DNA of 64,000 nucleotides from Phyllobates terribilis. Its lineage: Eukaryota. Under the pieces are notes generated by a model. It made no database searches. It had not been told where the DNA came from and was given only the letters and a program-made list of their open reading frames with translations. Positions 61,387 through 64,000 of the stretch are shown piece after piece; position 1 is the first letter of the stretch; the number at the start of each line of letters is the position of its first letter. The DNA lies in assembly GCF_046119375.1 (NCBI RefSeq), contig NW_027362768.1, positions 157,976,001 to 158,040,000 on the forward strand, given 5' to 3'. Position numbers and translations under genes: made by a program.

Positions 61387-62085
61387 GTGAGCTCTGAAAT
61401 GAGATAAGGAAGGGCCTGTATTTATTTATTTTTCTGCAGGAAAATGTAGATGTTGGACCTTTTAAGGACTATTCCCAAGTTTTTTAATGGGTAAAGTTGC
61501 AAAGTGCATGTAAAGACGGGCAACTTTGCAATTTATCTCTATAATTTATTGTTTGTTGCCTGGGGTACCGACCACCTCTGCAGTGGCAAGGAGCAAAGTT
61601 TTTACAAGCTATTTGCTATAAAGGTTGTGAGCGCTGCTCTGAAGTTGGCCATAACCATGAATCCGCTCTTTCAGTGTCCCTGTGCTCCTTTGATTATGCA
61701 GATGCAAAGCTGCCTCATTTTGCATCATCAGAGAGCTCACCGTTCAGGCTACCTGTGCACTCATGCTGCTGGCTGAACTGTCAATCACTGCCCCATGGGT
61801 GGGGATTGATGCGCTGCTGAAGATCAATCATGATACAACCCCTTTAATAAAACCATGCCGTTTAATTTCAGTTTTGCACACTTTTGAAAAGCCGCATCCA
61901 AAAACGGGCTATGACTAAAGGGATTGCCCAATAGAAAAAACTGACTTTTCATAAAATAGCGCCTCTTTTGTCCATGGGAAGTGTTTGATATTGCAGTTCA
62001 CTTGAGTGGGAATGAGCTGCAATGTCCGATATCTATAGGCTGAAAAAACCTAAGGGTGCTTTAAAGTAGCTGTCCCATAGTTTAA

Positions 62086-63326
62086 CCCCGCGGCCCTTTT
62101 CCGTTTTTGCGCTTTTGTTTTTTGCTCCCCTTCTTCCCAGAGCCATAACTTTTTTTTAATTTTTCTGTCAATATGGCTGTGTGAGGGCTTATTTTTTGCA
62201 GGACAAGTAAGTTGTACTTTTGAACTACACCATTGGTTTTACCATATCGTGTAATGGAAATCGGGAAAAAAAATTCAAAGTGCAGTGAAATTGCCAAAAA
62301 AGTCCAATTCCACAATTGTCTTTTACCAAGTTCACTAAATGCTAAAACTGACCTGCCATTATGCTTCTCCAGGTCATTACGAGTTTGTAGATGCCAAACA
62401 TGTACAGGTTAATTTTTATTTAAGTGGTGAAAAAAAAATCCAAAGTTTGTTTAAAAAAAAAAAAAAAAAAAAAGTGCCATTTTCTGAGACCTGTAGCGTC
62501 TCCATTTTTCAGGATCTGGGGCGGGGTGAGGACTTATTTTTGCTCACCCAGCTGACTTTTTTTTTTTTTTATACCAATTTTGTGTAGATACGATGTTTTG
62601 ATCGCCTGTTATTGCATTTTATTGCAATTTTGCGGCGACCAAAAGAAAAAACGTAATTGTGGCGTTTTGATTTTTTTCTCGTTATGCCGTTTACCGATCA
62701 GATTAATTCTTTTATTTATAGTGATTGGGTGATTCTGAACGTGGTGATACCAAACGTGTATTTGATTTTTTTTTTTATTATTATTGTTTTATTTCGAATG
62801 GGGCGAAAGGGGAGTGAGTTGAACTTTTATAATTTTTTTTAATATTTTTAAACTTTTTTTTTTTTTCTACTTTTTACTGCTTCAGTAGTCTCCATGGGAG
62901 ACTAGAAGCTGCGATCGGATGATCGCTTCAGCCCTGCTATGTGTAACAAAAGTGCTCATCTGCTATCAACGCGACCGCTGGGCGGCGCTCGTACCAGATC
63001 GGCTATGATAACCACAGGGGTCTCCTGCCGACCTTGGGTTGTCATGCCAACCCATTGGTGACCCGCGATCATGTGACACGAGCGCCGATGGGTGGGTCCT
63101 ATGACGCACTTCTGGTGCGGCGATGTTAAATGCCTCTGTCAGTTTGACAGTGGCATTTAACAGGTTAACAGCAGAGGGTGGATCGCGATTCCACCTGCAG
63201 CTTTTGGGGGCACATGACAGCTGTACAGATCAGCTGTAATGTCCCCGGAAAGGTGCAGGCTCAGCGCCGGAGCCCAGACCAAAGGGGGAGATGAGTCATA
63301 CATGTATGATCCATGTCGTGAAAGGG
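62086..63326. mobile_element. Non-autonomous piggyBac-like element in an MCOLN3 intron
   Basis: TTAA|CCC...GAAAGGG|TTAA; same family as 4880-5548 in the opposite orientation. Confidence 0.65.
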
Positions 63327-63837
63327 TTAAGAAATAAAACTAGGTGTAGGAAGACTAGAAAAATAACTTATTCACCTAATAAATGCCCGACCGCTCCAGC
63401 GCTGATACTTTGGTGGTCCCGGGCTGTCTAGGTTACTTTCCTGGAGCAAATATGTGCCATGCATGATGGCATCACCGCTGGTGCCACTGATTGGCTGCAG
63501 CGGTTGCACGCTGTTACGGCACATCAGTGCTCCAGAAAATTAAACAAAGACCATCAGGGACCACTAGATATCGGCAGGGATTTATCAGCTGCAGATAATT
63601 TAATTTTTTTTGTGTTTTAGACAATCCCCGAAATCTCCTTTTAAGTAAATCTTAGCCTTGGGTGGGTGGTGGGGGGACAAGGTAATTTTGAAAAGTAGAT
63701 ATGACCTCAGCGTTACCGAACAAAAGTGCACATTCAGGGAATTAAGCAAAGTTTATTTCACCCCTGTATAACAAAGCCGTAATTGTAATGAGCTCCTGCC
63801 ATGGTGAATGCCTGCATTGTGCCCGTCTCTCCCGTAG

Positions 63838-64000
63838 CTGGTGTTATTTGGGCTCAGCAATGAGATGGTCGTCAGTTTCAAGGAGGAGAACACGGTGGCC
63901 TTCAAACACTTGTTTCTAAAGGGCTACAAGGATGCCAGAGATGATACGTACGCCGTCTATCGGCAGGAGGACGTCTATGATCACATTGCTTTTACAATTC
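63838..64000 (+). CDS. MCOLN3: Mucolipin-3 second coding exon (truncated by the window end)
   Basis: cccgtag|CTG; [54 protein letters not shown]. Confidence 0.93.
   Translation, partial: MVLFGLSNEMVVSFKEENTVAFKHLFLKGYKDARDDTYAVYRQEDVYDHIAFTI

Noticed and set aside
61159-64000. Alternative assignment as MCOLN1 or MCOLN2
   Set aside because: The short N-terminus with EELLLED and the head-to-head position with DNAI3 fit MCOLN3, based on recalled sequence and synteny.

Overview
Eukaryotic, intron-rich vertebrate DNA, most likely a frog (inferred from the repeat landscape; no database search was possible). The minus strand carries an apparently intact DNAI3/WDR63 gene (axonemal dynein intermediate chain, WD40). 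I traced 22 canonical coding exons from 40118 down to the stop at 9448 with consistent GT-AG sites and phases (2691 nt, 896 aa), plus a second, diverged copy of the ATG exon at 42044-42148. MCOLN3 (TRPML3 channel) starts head-to-head on the plus strand (coding exons 61159-61386 and 63838 to the window end), matching the mammalian gene order as I recall it. Two CLEAR-type E-boxes lie in its putative promoter. Positions 1-~4870 are a rearranged partial duplicate of DNAI3 (source ~20997-30030) placed downstream of the gene. The rest is transposons and tandem repeats: a full-length hAT element one base short of an intact transposase, a dead DD38E Tc1-like element, an L2 LINE, an LTR with a tRNA-Ser PBS, a Penelope-like inverted repeat with a hammerhead-like core, several MITEs (some nested) and at least eight tandem arrays. 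All long low-complexity ORFs in the track are repeat artefacts. I found no clear new multi-gene system. The best leads are the duplicated start exon, the partial gene duplicate, the CLEAR motifs and the near-intact hAT.
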